A stretch of 64,000 nucleotides of DNA from Gemmatimonadales bacterium (GCA_041615815.1 JBFJCP010000006.1:76131-140130), one strand, 5' to 3'. Positions 19,413 to 30,075 are shown, counted from the first letter of the stretch. The notes: generated by a model not told the origin, from the sequence alone. Made by a program: numbers and translations.

Positions 19413-20528
19413 ATGTCGGAACAGTTCTTGAGCTCCGACGAATACGCCGAACGCGCACACAATCTGTACAATGACGGTTTCTACGACGAGGCCCTGGAAG
19501 TGCTCCGGGACGGCCTCGCCGTCTATCCGTTCGCAGTCGAACTGCACGTAGGCGCAGGGTACGCGCAGCTAGCACGGGAAGAGTATGCGTGGGCGCGGGG
19601 ATGCTTTGGCGAGGCGCTCGCCCTCGATCCGCAAAACGAGGAGGGCCTCGCTGGGATGGGAGAAGCCCTCCTCAAACTCGGGAACCGCAAGTCGGCCCTC
19701 GAGCACTTCGAGCGCGTCTTGGCGCTGGGATTCCGTGAAGATCACGATCTGATGCTGCAAATCGGGCGAGCCCTGTTCCGAGAGGCCATGATGGGCCCGG
19801 CCCACGCGTTCTTCCAGGTTGCCGCCGAGCATCATCCCGATTCGTCCGAGGCCGCCGCGTGCTTCGGGTACGCGGCCCATCGTCTGGGTGAAGAGGAAGC
19901 GGCGCTCTATTCGCTCCGTCGTGCCCTGGAGCTGGACGAGGGTCACGCGGAAGCACGGATCTATCTTGGTAACCTGCTCTACGACCGTGGCGAGTACGAG
20001 GCCGCACTGTTCCACTTCGAGCGAACGGAGCCGGCCGACCACGTTGACGAGCTGGCCGTCTGGCGGCTCATCGAGCTTCGGAAGTCGATCCCGGACACCC
20101 CGGCTGACGCCCCCGCACTCGATTCCTGGCAGGAACGTCTAGCAACGCTGTCCGACGCCAGGGATCCAGAGGAACGGGTCTTGGCCGAGGTGGAGGCCAT
20201 TCAACCCGACGGCACGATCCGCGATCCCAAGCAGCTCGAGCTCTTCGGCACGTTGCTCACGCAGCTCAAGGGCATGCGCCGGAAAGTGTTAACCGAGGTG
20301 CATCGGGTGCGGACCGTTTCGGGCGTCACCTACTCAGGAACGTGGGACGAAATCGTCCTGCAGATGAAGACCGACGACTACGCGGGCCTGGGTGCTTCCA
20401 TCAGCCAGTACATGGAGCGCGTCGCCGTCCGGAGCCTCGCACAGACCGGAGTCGTCGTTCCCTGTCACGATCCCGAGAGCTTCGTGCGCGGGATCGCCGC
20501 CGCCGGGCTCGCCAACATCCTGCGGTGA
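19413..20528 (+). CDS. Tetratricopeptide repeat protein with an unrecognised C-terminal domain
   Basis: Repeated ALALDP/ALELDE, EARIYLGNLLY TPR patterns; GGAGG SD. Confidence 0.85.
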   Translation: MSEQFLSSDEYAERAHNLYNDGFYDEALEVLRDGLAVYPFAVELHVGAGYAQLAREEYAWARGCFGEALALDPQNEEGLAGMGEALLKLGNRKSALEHFERVLALGFREDHDLMLQIGRALFREAMMGPAHAFFQVAAEHHPDSSEAAACFGYAAHRLGEEEAALYSLRRALELDEGHAEARIYLGNLLYDRGEYEAALFHFERTEPADHVDELAVWRLIELRKSIPDTPADAPALDSWQERLATLSDARDPEERVLAEVEAIQPDGTIRDPKQLELFGTLLTQLKGMRRKVLTEVHRVRTVSGVTYSGTWDEIVLQMKTDDYAGLGASISQYMERVAVRSLAQTGVVVPCHDPESFVRGIAAAGLANILR

Positions 20529-20581
20529 GCCCCGCGCGACTCCCCTCCGGGAGCCGCGCGCCCCTCATTACCTTTCTCGCC

Positions 20582-23203
20582 ATGCAATGGACGAAGAACG
20601 TCGTGCGGCGCGTGTTGCCCAATGGGCTCACGGTATTGGTGCAGCGGGATACCTCGGCGCCGGTGGTGGCCGTGGTCACCCATGTCAAAGCTGGGTATTT
20701 CGACGAGCCGGACGAGTGGGTGGGAATCGCCCACGTTCTCGAGCATATGTACTTCAAGGGCACCCACCGTCGGGGACCGGGCGAGATCGCTCGAGAGACG
20801 CAGCTCGCCGGAGGGTACATCAACGCGGCCACGATCTACGACAAGACCGTTTACTACACGGTGCTCCCCTCCGCGGACGACGGCCTCGTCAAGGCGCTCG
20901 AGGTACAGTCCGATGCGTTGACCAATGCCGCGTTGGATCCCGAGGAGCTGGCGCGCGAACTGATCGTGATCGTCGAGGAGGCCAAGCGGAAGCTCGACAC
21001 CCCGTCAGCCGTGGCATCAGAAACGCTCTTCCAAGTGCTGTTTACCAGGCATCGCATGCGCCGGTGGCGCATCGGGACCGAGGACCAGCTCAAGCGGCTC
21101 ACCGTCGCTGACCTTCGCGCCTACTACCAGAGCCGCTACACCCCCGACCGCGTCGTCGGGGGGATCACGGGAGACATCGATCCCAACCGCGCCCTGGACC
21201 TTGCTGCGCAGGCCTACGGTGGGTGGCATCGAACGGCCGAGCTGATCGAACCTTCCCCAAGCGAACCCCCCGGCGCGACTGCTCGAGCGAAAGTGCTCCG
21301 CGGTGACCTGGAGCGTCCGCTGGCGGTGTTCGGATGGAAAACCGTCGCTGCCTTGCACGAAGATGCGCCGGCGCTGGATGTCGCCGCTGGTGTCCTGAGT
21401 GCCGGACGCGCCTCCCGACTGTTCCGAGAGCTCCGGGCGCCCGGGCTCGCGAGTGGCGCAGGTGCGTACCACTACACCCCGACCGAAGTCGGCGTCTTCG
21501 CCGTCTCAATCGAGGGTGAGGACGACCGGCTCGACACCGCGGTGCAGCGGGCTACGGATCTGGTGGCCGGCCTTGGGGACGACGGCCCCGGTGAGGCGGA
21601 GTTGGACCGCGTACGCACACTACTCGGCACGCAGTGGTGCCGCCGCTTCGAGACCGCCGATGGCCGCGCGGCGGTCCTGTGCGAGGCGGAAGCGTTGGGC
21701 GACTATCGGTTGGCAGACGAGCTCTATCGGCGAACGCTGGCGGTCTCGGTCGACGACGTGGCCCGCGTGGCGAGAAAATACCTCGATCCGTCGAACGCCG
21801 GGGCCGTGCTGTATCTCCCGACGGGTGTGCCCACCATTTGGGAGAACGGAGGATGGCCACCGAAGGAGACGGATGCGGGCAGCCACGCTTCCGCGCCGCG
21901 AGAGAGGCGGGGTGACCCGACGGCCGTCCCCCGCCGTGCGGGCTCGCTCACCGACACCGACGAGCCATATCCGAGCGGCATCTTCCATCGGCGCTGCGAC
22001 GGCGCAGATATGGTTGTGCGATCCCGACCTGGCTCCGGGCTTGTGAGTATTGGCCTCCACGTGGGCGGACTACGTGCTACCGAAACGGAGGCGTCCGCAG
22101 GCCTGAGTTGGCTGCTTGCGCGCGCTGCCCTTCGGGGGGCGGGCGAGATGAGTGCCGAAGACCTGGCGTGGGCGGCGGAGCGGCTCGGCGGTGGCATCGC
22201 GCCTGTCGTGAGCGCGGACGTGATCGGGTGGTGGCTCACCGTCGAGCCACCGGCGGCACGCGCGGCAGCCGCGCTGCTCCGCCTGGTCGCGCTCGAGCCC
22301 CGGTTAGCGTCCGCTGAAGTGGCGGTGGAGCGTGACCTTCAGGCGAGCGACGCTCGAAGTGTGCGAGACGACATGTTTCGGTATCCCGTACAGCGTGTCC
22401 GAGGTGAGGCATTCCCCGCCGACGCATACGGGCTTCCGGCCCTCGGCGATCCAGACACCGTGCAAGCGCTGACGGATGTGAACGTGCGTGAGTGGGCAAA
22501 CGCGCTCGCGGACCGGCGGGCGAGCATCGTCGCGGTCGGGGATCTGGAGCCAAACGAGCTCCTCGACGTGCTGGAGCCTCTGAGCGACTGGCCCGGTCGG
22601 ACCGTCATGAGCGATCCCTCGGCTGCCTCGCCAGTGTGGAACGGCGGTCGAGGCGAAGAGGAGCGGCAGAAGGCGCAGACGGCAGTGGCGATGGCTTTTC
22701 CGGCTCCCCCATACCGCTCCCACGACCGTTACGTCATCTCGGTTATGACGGCCCTCCTGAGTGGTCTCGCCGGTCGACTCTTCGACGAACTGCGCGAGCG
22801 CCGGTCGTTGGCATATACCGTGGCCGCGATGCCCTGGCTGGCGGCTCGCGCCGGTGCCATCGCGACGTATATCGCGACTTCCCCGGAGCGGGAAGACGAG
22901 GCTCGCAACGCAATGCTCGCGGAGCTACGCCGGTTGGTAGACGAGCCGGTCACCGCGGAGGAACTGGAGCGTGCTCGGCGGTATGCGGCCGGAAGTGTAG
23001 AAGTGCGCCGTCAGGCTGGTCGCGTAGTCGCCGAGGAACTCCTGGCAGGGTGGATCCACGGGACCTTGCACGACTTCGCCGACGTCCCTGCGCACCTTCG
23101 TGCAGTGACGGTGGAAGACATCCAACGCGTGGCGACCAAAGTATTCGTTGCGGACCAAAGAGCGGAGTATGTGGTGCGAGGTGGACGTTCCGAGGGTCGC
23201 TGA
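20582..23203 (+). CDS. M16 (pitrilysin/insulinase) family zinc peptidase
   Basis: LPNGLTV, GIAHVLEHMYFKGT (HXXEH), RLFDELRERRSLAY. Confidence 0.93.
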   Translation: MQWTKNVVRRVLPNGLTVLVQRDTSAPVVAVVTHVKAGYFDEPDEWVGIAHVLEHMYFKGTHRRGPGEIARETQLAGGYINAATIYDKTVYYTVLPSADDGLVKALEVQSDALTNAALDPEELARELIVIVEEAKRKLDTPSAVASETLFQVLFTRHRMRRWRIGTEDQLKRLTVADLRAYYQSRYTPDRVVGGITGDIDPNRALDLAAQAYGGWHRTAELIEPSPSEPPGATARAKVLRGDLERPLAVFGWKTVAALHEDAPALDVAAGVLSAGRASRLFRELRAPGLASGAGAYHYTPTEVGVFAVSIEGEDDRLDTAVQRATDLVAGLGDDGPGEAELDRVRTLLGTQWCRRFETADGRAAVLCEAEALGDYRLADELYRRTLAVSVDDVARVARKYLDPSNAGAVLYLPTGVPTIWENGGWPPKETDAGSHASAPRERRGDPTAVPRRAGSLTDTDEPYPSGIFHRRCDGADMVVRSRPGSGLVSIGLHVGGLRATETEASAGLSWLLARAALRGAGEMSAEDLAWAAERLGGGIAPVVSADVIGWWLTVEPPAARAAAALLRLVALEPRLASAEVAVERDLQASDARSVRDDMFRYPVQRVRGEAFPADAYGLPALGDPDTVQALTDVNVREWANALADRRASIVAVGDLEPNELLDVLEPLSDWPGRTVMSDPSAASPVWNGGRGEEERQKAQTAVAMAFPAPPYRSHDRYVISVMTALLSGLAGRLFDELRERRSLAYTVAAMPWLAARAGAIATYIATSPEREDEARNAMLAELRRLVDEPVTAEELERARRYAAGSVEVRRQAGRVVAEELLAGWIHGTLHDFADVPAHLRAVTVEDIQRVATKVFVADQRAEYVVRGGRSEGR

Positions 23204-23220
23204 GCGTACCCATCGATATG

Positions 23221-23679
23221 CTAGAACATCGACATCGCCAGAAAAGAGCGGAGGTTATCGTTCGTTGTGCGGAGGCGGCTCGACAACAGCTTGACGACGG
23301 CCCAGAGCACTTTGAGGGCGATTTCGCGATTGAAGTCCAAGAGGAGTTCGAAGTCCGGGCGCGAAATCGTGAAGAGCGTGCAATCTCGGTTCGCGATCGC
23401 GTCCGTGGATCGATGACACCGATCGAAGACGGCCATTTCGCCAAAGCACGCCCCGGCCTTCAGCACGGACAACGCTTCTTCCCCCGATCCGGGGACCTGG
23501 CGGGAGATACGAACCTCGCCCTCCGAAATGATGTAGAGGCGGTTACCGGGTTCGCCCTCTTTGAAGATCGTCTTCCCGAACTTGAATTTCTGCTCGCGGC
23601 AGATTTCCGCGACCTTTTCCAACTCGCTGTCGTCCAAGTCCGCGAAGATCGCGGCCTGCTTGATCAAAGCAGTGTCCAT
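23221..23679 (-). CDS. Stand-alone cyclic nucleotide-binding domain protein
   Basis: IFKEGEPGNRLYIISEG, FGEMAVFD..RST; no HTH domain. Confidence 0.9.
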   Translation of the reverse strand: MDTALIKQAAIFADLDDSELEKVAEICREQKFKFGKTIFKEGEPGNRLYIISEGEVRISRQVPGSGEEALSVLKAGACFGEMAVFDRCHRSTDAIANRDCTLFTISRPDFELLLDFNREIALKVLWAVVKLLSSRLRTTNDNLRSFLAMSMF

Positions 23680-23702
23680 ATACATCTCCGAACGTGACAC
23701 CT

Positions 23703-24248
23703 ATGTCCGATATCCAAGCTATCGGGGTCACTAAGAGGCAGCAAGCGAGGCGCTTGGTCTCGCCTCCGGACGCGGTCACGGCGTTACGTATCCCATTGGC
23801 GGTGGCCTTCGTGCTCACGGACGACACCGTGGCGCGCCTGACCATCGTCTTCATTGCTGCGGTCAGCGATTTCGTGGATGGGATTTGGGCACGCCGATTG
23901 GGGGGGTCGCGCCTGGGGGTGGTGCTGGATCCCGTCTGTGATAAGCTCTTCATGCTCGCGGCGTTTCTGGCCGTCTGGCGAAGCGGCGTGTTGGTATGGT
24001 ATGAGATCGTAGGCGTGCTACTCCGGGACATCGTCGCGGCCCTGGCGTTTTTGGGCACCGTCCTCCGACGGCATCCCACCACGCTGCCCGCGCGGGCCGG
24101 CGGCAAGGCCGTTACCGTGGTACAACTTCTCACGCTCGTCGCCTTCCTGGCCAACTCCAACCTCGTGCGCCCGCTCGCATGGGCGACCGCCGCGATCTCG
24201 CTGTACGCGATCGCCGACTACATGAAAGTAGGTCTGACCCGAGGGTAG
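23703..24248 (+). CDS. CDP-alcohol phosphatidyltransferase family protein
   Basis: SDFVDGIWAR...G..LDPVCDK signature. Confidence 0.9.
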   Translation: MSDIQAIGVTKRQQARRLVSPPDAVTALRIPLAVAFVLTDDTVARLTIVFIAAVSDFVDGIWARRLGGSRLGVVLDPVCDKLFMLAAFLAVWRSGVLVWYEIVGVLLRDIVAALAFLGTVLRRHPTTLPARAGGKAVTVVQLLTLVAFLANSNLVRPLAWATAAISLYAIADYMKVGLTRG

Positions 24249-24287
24249 GGTTCCACTCGTGCCCTCGGCACGGGAAAGGACACGTTG

Positions 24288-24704
24288 ATGCCGCAACGCC
24301 GTGCAATCCGAATGGAATGGACCGGCGACGAATTGCGATTCGATGGCGCCGGGACGCACCCGCCAACGCCGGGGATTCGGATCGATGGGGATGGGGAGTG
24401 CGGGCCCTCACCCATGCTCACACTGCTCCTCGCGGCAGCCGGTTGCTCCGGCGCCGATGTCGTGTCCATCTTGCGGAAGATGCGGGTTGGCCTGTCTCGT
24501 CTCGTCATCGATGTCGAGGGCACCAGACGGGACAGCGAGCCCCGTCGCTACGTCGCGATCCACTTTCGGTTCCGACTCTCAGGCGAAGGTCTCGACCCAG
24601 CAAAGGCGGACCGCGCTGTTGCCCTATCCCTCGAGAAATACTGCTCGGTCGTGCATTCACTCGCCCCAGATATTGCCGTCGACTACGACGTGGAGCTTGC
24701 GTAA
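24288..24704 (+). CDS. OsmC/YhfA-family protein
   Basis: SPMLTLLLAAAGCSGADV, SLEKYCSV. Confidence 0.92.
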   Translation: MPQRRAIRMEWTGDELRFDGAGTHPPTPGIRIDGDGECGPSPMLTLLLAAAGCSGADVVSILRKMRVGLSRLVIDVEGTRRDSEPRRYVAIHFRFRLSGEGLDPAKADRAVALSLEKYCSVVHSLAPDIAVDYDVELA

Positions 24705-25155
24705 CCTCGCACTTGTGGTTCTCGGCTTGGTCCTCCAGCCGGGCATCGCGTCTGGACAGACGGTCGCGGAGTGGCAAGTCCAGGCGGTCGGCACGGTGCT
24801 TGCGGCTCGCTTTATCGGCGGTGGGGTAGGGGTTGCTGCGCGCCCCGCCGGTCGGTTGCGGGCAGGTCTCAGCGTGAGCGTGGGGGGTGAAGAGGGGGAG
24901 GTAGCAGGCCGCGGAGAGTTGCTCGTGTCGTTTCACCTCGATCCCCTTCGGCGCCGTGGCGTGTCACCGTATTTGGGGGGTGGTGCGGCGGTCGAAATGA
25001 CGGACGAGCGTGTACGCGAATACGTGCTCGTGGTGCTTGGGGTCGAGTCGAGTCCAGGGGGCCGGATGAGTTGGTTTTTCGAGAGCGGTGTGGGGGGTGG
25101 GGTGCGGATTTCGGCGGGTATCCGGATGCGTGGGCTGCGACGAAGGGGCCGATAG
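24697..25155 (+). CDS. Small exported beta-rich protein, probably an 8-stranded outer membrane barrel
   Basis: TTG start after GGAG; signal ASG|Q; alternating hydrophobic strands including SPYLGGG. Confidence 0.6.
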   Translation: MRNLALVVLGLVLQPGIASGQTVAEWQVQAVGTVLAARFIGGGVGVAARPAGRLRAGLSVSVGGEEGEVAGRGELLVSFHLDPLRRRGVSPYLGGGAAVEMTDERVREYVLVVLGVESSPGGRMSWFFESGVGGGVRISAGIRMRGLRRRGR

Positions 25156-25156
25156 C

Positions 25157-25182
25157 AAAAGACCCCCACGCTCGTGGAGGTC
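25157..25182 (-). terminator. Probable terminator between convergent genes
   Basis: AAAA followed by a GACCCCCAC/GTGGAGGTC stem on +, giving a U tail on -. Confidence 0.5.
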
Positions 25183-25211
25183 ATCGCAAGAAGGATATTA
25201 CGTGACGTCCT

Positions 25212-25475
25212 TCACTGCGTGGCCCCCACTGTCGATCCATGTTGAATGATCGGCCGACAGTAGCGTTCACCGAGGGTGCGCAGCTTGCCAAGCTCTTCCT
25301 CGCCAAGTTCCGCGTAGCGCTCAGAGAGGTATTCCATCGTGTCGTCAAACCATTCCTTCTGATGCTCGATCTGCGCTTCGAGGACGCCGCACCGGAGAAT
25401 ATGGCTGAAAAGCTCGTCTCGGGCTTTGTCGAAGGCGTTGGGACCATTCAGTTTAGGTGGTCGCTTCTTGGTCAT
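25212..25475 (-). CDS. Hypothetical small helical protein
   Basis: MTKKRPPKLNGPNAFDKARDELFSHILRCG; GGAG SD; fits the gap between neighbours. Confidence 0.75.
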   Translation of the reverse strand: MTKKRPPKLNGPNAFDKARDELFSHILRCGVLEAQIEHQKEWFDDTMEYLSERYAELGEEELGKLRTLGERYCRPIIQHGSTVGATQ

Positions 25476-25648
25476 GAACTCCATCCTTTGGTGCGAGAAC
25501 CGTAGTGCCCCGTGAAAGGTAAAGACCCCCTGGGCTTCTTGCAAACAACGCGCCGAAACGGTCATTCACCGTTACATTCAGAGCGGGTGACCGCCGAACC
25601 GACGGTTACGTGGAGGGTAAGTATGGTACACGAGCGACGGAGTACCCG

Positions 25649-25957
25649 ATGAGCGAGCCGACATACGACAAGGAACGAGAACGTCGGCTGGTCGAGCTCC
25701 TTCGGGCGATGGCGGCCCGCATCGAGGGGCTGGAAAGCGACGACGACCTGCTGGCGGCGGGTCCGGAGCTGCTGAAAATGATGGGCGACGCCCGTAGTGA
25801 ATTGTTTCATTACGAGGTGCGCTGCACGTACGATACACCTGAGATTGCCGAGAGCCGCCGAATCGTGGAGCTGGCGCGGCAGCGGATGGAGCATCTCGAT
25901 TTCGAGAGTGAGCCGGACTTCGGAGACTCGGAGGACACCCCGTGGCGCGATCCGTAA
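25649..25957 (+). CDS. Hypothetical acidic helical protein
   Basis: ATG after GGAG; ends 2 nt before the dsbA-like gene. Confidence 0.75.
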   Translation: MSEPTYDKERERRLVELLRAMAARIEGLESDDDLLAAGPELLKMMGDARSELFHYEVRCTYDTPEIAESRRIVELARQRMEHLDFESEPDFGDSEDTPWRDP

Positions 25958-25959
25958 AC

Positions 25960-26622
25960 ATGAAGCTCTTTTATGGAGCCCTCGCTGTCATCGGCGCGGT
26001 TGGCGTGGCAGCCCTCTGGACCGCTCGAACGCGCGGAGCGGATGACGGACCAACGACCGTGAGCAGCGCGGCCTTGGCGGCCGTTGGAGATTATGAAGGG
26101 TACGTGTTGGGGAGCGAATCCGCCCCGGTGGAGATCGTGGAGTTCGCCGACTTCCAGTGTCCGGCCTGCGCCAGGTTCACGATCCTGACTGCCTCGGACG
26201 TGAAGGCCGGCCTGGTAGAGGGCGGCCTCGCCCGCTGGCGGTTCCACGACTTTCCGCTCCCGATCCATCAGCATGCGCCGCTCGCCCACCACGCGGCGGC
26301 CTGTGCGGGTGAACAGGGTCAGTTCTGGGGAATGCACGATCAGCTCTTCTACAATCAGGGACGGTGGGCCACCGAGAGTCGGCCGGGTCGGCGATTTCGC
26401 GATTACGCGCAGGCGTTGGGTCTCGACCTCGGGCGTTATGACGACTGTATGGGGTCCGGTCGATACGCGGCCCGTATCGAGCAAGCCAAACGTGAAGCGA
26501 TCGAGCTCAACGTCACCTCGACACCAAGCTTCCTCATTGGGAATCAGCTCGTAGCGGGTGCGATTCCCTACGACAGCATCAAGGTCCTCGTGGAACGAGC
26601 AGCGGCCCGCGCGTCGCAGTGA
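25960..26622 (+). CDS. DsbA-family thiol-disulfide oxidoreductase
   Basis: EFADFQCPAC, FPLPIH, FWGMHDQLF, TPSF; N-terminal membrane anchor. Confidence 0.92.
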   Translation: MKLFYGALAVIGAVGVAALWTARTRGADDGPTTVSSAALAAVGDYEGYVLGSESAPVEIVEFADFQCPACARFTILTASDVKAGLVEGGLARWRFHDFPLPIHQHAPLAHHAAACAGEQGQFWGMHDQLFYNQGRWATESRPGRRFRDYAQALGLDLGRYDDCMGSGRYAARIEQAKREAIELNVTSTPSFLIGNQLVAGAIPYDSIKVLVERAAARASQ

Positions 26623-27059
26623 CCCACCGGATGGTGATCGCCGCGCTCTCCCTCGTGGGGTTCTTCGTGGCGACTTACCTCTGGCTGTGGAAAATCGGCA
26701 TGCTGGGCGCGCTCGCCTGCGGCACGGGCGCGTGTGAGACCGTGCAGCTGAGTGAGTACGCCGTGATCTTCGGACTTCCGGTGGCCCTCTACGGGGTTGG
26801 TGGGTACCTCGCATTGCTCGTGGTGAGCCTCGTGGGACTCCAGCCACGGTGGGCCGGACGGCACGGCCCGACGGACCTATTGATGGCCCTCTCCGCCATC
26901 GGTGTCTTGTTCACGGCGTACCTCACGTACCTCGAGGCGGCTGTGATCAACGCATGGTGCCGCTGGTGTCTCGTTTCGGCAGCCATCATCACGGCGATCT
27001 TCGTGACCGCTCTCCTTGGCTGGAGAGCGGACCGTCGGTCGAGTGCTCCGGCGTCTTGA
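26619..27059 (+). CDS. Vitamin K epoxide reductase (VKOR) family protein
   Basis: ACGTGACETVQLSEY and WCRWC motifs; four TM; GTGA overlap with dsbA. Confidence 0.92.
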   Translation: MTHRMVIAALSLVGFFVATYLWLWKIGMLGALACGTGACETVQLSEYAVIFGLPVALYGVGGYLALLVVSLVGLQPRWAGRHGPTDLLMALSAIGVLFTAYLTYLEAAVINAWCRWCLVSAAIITAIFVTALLGWRADRRSSAPAS

Positions 27060-27063
27060 CGAT

Positions 27064-29022
27064 CTACCCTTCGCGCTCCTCGTACTTTTCCTTCAGCTTC
27101 GACACCACGGCCGGATCGGCAAGCGTGGTGACGTCCCCAAGTGCGCGCCCAGCAGCGATGTCTTTGAGCAGACGACGCATGATCTTCCCGCTCCGGGTCT
27201 TCGGGAGATCGGCCGAGAAGATTACCGCCTCCGGCCGCGCAATGGGACCGATCTTTTTCGCAACATGCTGCTTCAGCTCGTCGATCAAGGTCTTGGATGC
27301 CTCGTGACCCGAACCCACCGTGACGAAAGCAGCGATTACCTCACCCTTGAGCTCGTCGGGTTTCCCCACGACCGCCGCTTCCGCCACGGCGGGATGTGAC
27401 ACGAGCGCGCTTTCCACTTCCATGGTGCCGATTCGGTGTCCGGCAACGTTCAACACGTCGTCGACCCGGCCCAGAATCCAGAAGTATCCACTCTCGTCGC
27501 GCTTGGCACCATCACCGGGAAAGTATCGACCGGGAAACCGACTCCAGTACTGTTCTCGATAACGCTGGTCGTCGCCGTAAATCGTGCGCAGCATCCCGGG
27601 CCAGGGTTGCGTGATGGTGAGAAAGCCACCGCCTTGCTTCACCGGATTGCCATCACCGTCCACCAACTCGGCTTGGATTCCCGGAAACGGGATGGTGGCC
27701 GACCCGGGTTTGGTGGCCGTGACGCCGGGGAGCGGCGTGATCATGATGCCACCAGTCTCGGTTTGCCACCACGTATCGACGATGGGGCAGCGCTTTCCGC
27801 CAATGTGACGATGGTACCAAATCCAGGCTTCGGGGTTGATGGGTTCCCCCACCGTGCCCAGTAATCGGAGCGACGAGAGGTCGTGTCTGCTCGGATACTC
27901 GGCGCCCCATTTCATGAATGCACGTATGGCGGTGGGCGCGGTGTAGAACACACTGACTCCGTATTCCTCGACGATCTCCCAGAATCGATCGTTATCGGGC
28001 CAGTTGGGTGCGCCCTCGTACATGACTTGCGTAGCCCCCAGGGCGAGGGGCCCGTAGACAACGTACGTGTGTCCGGTGACCCAACCGATGTCCGCCGTGC
28101 ACCAAAACACGTCCTCGTCCTTCAAATCGAAGACCCACTTGGTCGTAGTGACAGCCTGGGTCAGATACCCGCCCGTGGTATGGACGATGCCCTTCGGCTT
28201 CCCGGTGGTACCCGACGTGTAGAGGATGAAGAGCATCGATTCGGCGTCCATGATCGCCGGCTTACAATACGACGCTGCCTCGTTCATGAGCTCGTGATAC
28301 CACTCGTCTCGCCCGGCCTTCATGTGCACCAAGGACTCGTCGACGTCCTTGTTGGGGTGTCGCCGTACGACGAGGACCTTCGTAATTGAGGGAGCTTCCG
28401 CGACGGCGTCGTCTACGGCCCGTTTGAGGGGGACCGTTTGACCGCGACGATAGCCGATGTCCGCGGTGATCACGACCTTGCACTGGGCATCGTTGATGCG
28501 ATCTCGCAGGGACTCGGCGGAGAATCCGGCAAAGACCACGGAGTGCGGCGCGCCGATTCGGGCGCAGGCCAGCATCGCCACCGCCGCCTCGGGAATCATG
28601 GGCATGTAGATGGCGACGCGGTCACCGCGCTTGACGCCGAGGCCTTTGAGAGCATTGGCACAACGATTCACTTCGCGGTAGAGCTCGCGATAGGTGATCG
28701 CACGCCGGTCTCCGGGCTCACCCTCCCACAACAGCGCCACCTTGTTCTGTCTGGCAGTGCCCATGTGTCGGTCGAGACAATTGACCGATACGTTCAGCTT
28801 TCCCCCAACGAACCATTTGGCATGGGGCGCCTTCCACTGCAAAACCTTCCGCCAGGGTTTGAACCACTCGAGCTCGCGAGCCTGCTTCGCCCAGAACCGC
28901 TCCAGATTCCTATTGGCCTCTTGATAGATCGACTTGGCCCGCACGTGGGCCGCGCGCTTGAAATGGGCCGGGGGTAGGAAGGTTCGTCGCTCGCGAAGCA
29001 AGGTGTCGAGTCGCTCGGTCAT
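27064..29022 (-). CDS. acs: Acetyl-CoA synthetase
   Basis: [32 protein letters not shown]. Confidence 0.97.
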   Translation of the reverse strand: MTERLDTLLRERRTFLPPAHFKRAAHVRAKSIYQEANRNLERFWAKQARELEWFKPWRKVLQWKAPHAKWFVGGKLNVSVNCLDRHMGTARQNKVALLWEGEPGDRRAITYRELYREVNRCANALKGLGVKRGDRVAIYMPMIPEAAVAMLACARIGAPHSVVFAGFSAESLRDRINDAQCKVVITADIGYRRGQTVPLKRAVDDAVAEAPSITKVLVVRRHPNKDVDESLVHMKAGRDEWYHELMNEAASYCKPAIMDAESMLFILYTSGTTGKPKGIVHTTGGYLTQAVTTTKWVFDLKDEDVFWCTADIGWVTGHTYVVYGPLALGATQVMYEGAPNWPDNDRFWEIVEEYGVSVFYTAPTAIRAFMKWGAEYPSRHDLSSLRLLGTVGEPINPEAWIWYHRHIGGKRCPIVDTWWQTETGGIMITPLPGVTATKPGSATIPFPGIQAELVDGDGNPVKQGGGFLTITQPWPGMLRTIYGDDQRYREQYWSRFPGRYFPGDGAKRDESGYFWILGRVDDVLNVAGHRIGTMEVESALVSHPAVAEAAVVGKPDELKGEVIAAFVTVGSGHEASKTLIDELKQHVAKKIGPIARPEAVIFSADLPKTRSGKIMRRLLKDIAAGRALGDVTTLADPAVVSKLKEKYEEREG

Positions 29023-29063
29023 GGAAGCCGCCTTGGCGTAACGAGAGTGAGTGATTCGGCTTG

Positions 29064-29092
29064 TTGACGATCGTGGGACGTTGGGATATTAT
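29064..29092 (+). promoter_or_regulatory. Sigma70 promoter of the csp gene, with a ~90-nt 5' UTR
   Basis: TTGACG-17-TATTAT. Confidence 0.7.
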
Positions 29093-29185
29093 CGCGCCGC
29101 CTCCCAACCTGCCGCGCGGCTGGATCCGCCTGCGGACCCGCCCGGCCGGATTGATTGTCGTTCACCCAGCAGGAGTGTCTAGCAT

Positions 29186-29392
29186 ATGTCCCGCACCAAT
29201 GGCAGAGTCAAGTGGTTCAACGACGCCAAAGGCTATGGCTTCATCGAACGCGACGGGGGCCCCGACGTCTTCGTCCACTACTCTGCTATCCAGGCCGATG
29301 GGTTTCGGACGCTGAAGGCGAACGACGAAGTGGAGTTCGAAGTTCAGGAGGGGCCGAAAGGGCTGCACGCCAGCAACGTCATCCGAATGTAG
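29186..29392 (+). CDS. Cold-shock protein (CspA family)
   Basis: [29 protein letters not shown]. Confidence 0.97.
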   Translation: MSRTNGRVKWFNDAKGYGFIERDGGPDVFVHYSAIQADGFRTLKANDEVEFEVQEGPKGLHASNVIRM

Positions 29393-29420
29393 GTCGGCAG
29401 TTGCTTCGCGAGCCCACCCG

Positions 29421-29450
29421 GGCCCGGCGTTACGCGCCGGGCCTTTTTTT
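29421..29450 (+). terminator. Intrinsic terminator of csp
   Basis: GGCCCGGCG/CGCCGGGCC stem followed by T7. Confidence 0.9.
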
Positions 29451-29619
29451 GTCTCGCGGGCACGACCGTTGCAGAAAACGTTCCAGTGACGCGTCGTGCA
29501 GCCGACACCGGTGTGAGCCCGCTCACGCCAGGGGCCGTAAACGCCTTTAGGGCAAACGGTTACAGGTATGGTACCGATTCCTGCTATGACCTGGGGTTGG
29601 TGCAGGCGGGAGAGACTCG

Positions 29620-29964
29620 ATGCGACGTTCGGAAGGACTGTCTGTGAGCACGATCGACACCAGGGGACATGAGCGAATCCTGGTGGCGCCCCGGGAGCTC
29701 GGGGTAGCCACTCGGACCGACTTCCGGCGCTCCGCACTCAAGGCGCTGGCCGAGATGCCGGAGGGGGCCGGTCGACTCATCATCGACCTCACCGCCACTC
29801 GAACGGTGGACAGTGCCGGGCTCAGCTCGCTGATTCTCGTACAGCGTCGAGCTGCGGCTCGACGGCAGGTCGTTCGCCTCCGAGCGGTGCACGAGGAGCT
29901 CCGTTTCCTCTTGGTCCTCACAAAACTCGACGACCTGTTCGAAATCGAGGAGCATCCCGTCTGA
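29620..29964 (+). CDS. STAS domain protein (anti-anti-sigma-like)
   Basis: LIIDLTATRTVDSAGL phospho-Ser motif; LTKLDDLFEI. Confidence 0.88.
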   Translation: MRRSEGLSVSTIDTRGHERILVAPRELGVATRTDFRRSALKALAEMPEGAGRLIIDLTATRTVDSAGLSSLILVQRRAAARRQVVRLRAVHEELRFLLVLTKLDDLFEIEEHPV

Positions 29965-30075
29965 ATCCATCTTCACGTCCCGCTTTTCCCCCGCCATGCA
30001 GTCCCTTACCTTAGAAAAGCCGTACAAAGAAACATACGCGTTCGCTGAAGCGGGTTCCCCGTACCCCACTGTGTC

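Noticed and set aside
29569..29585. Second sigma54-like site TGGTAC..CTGCT
   Set aside because: GG-to-GC spacing is 11 nt rather than the required 10.
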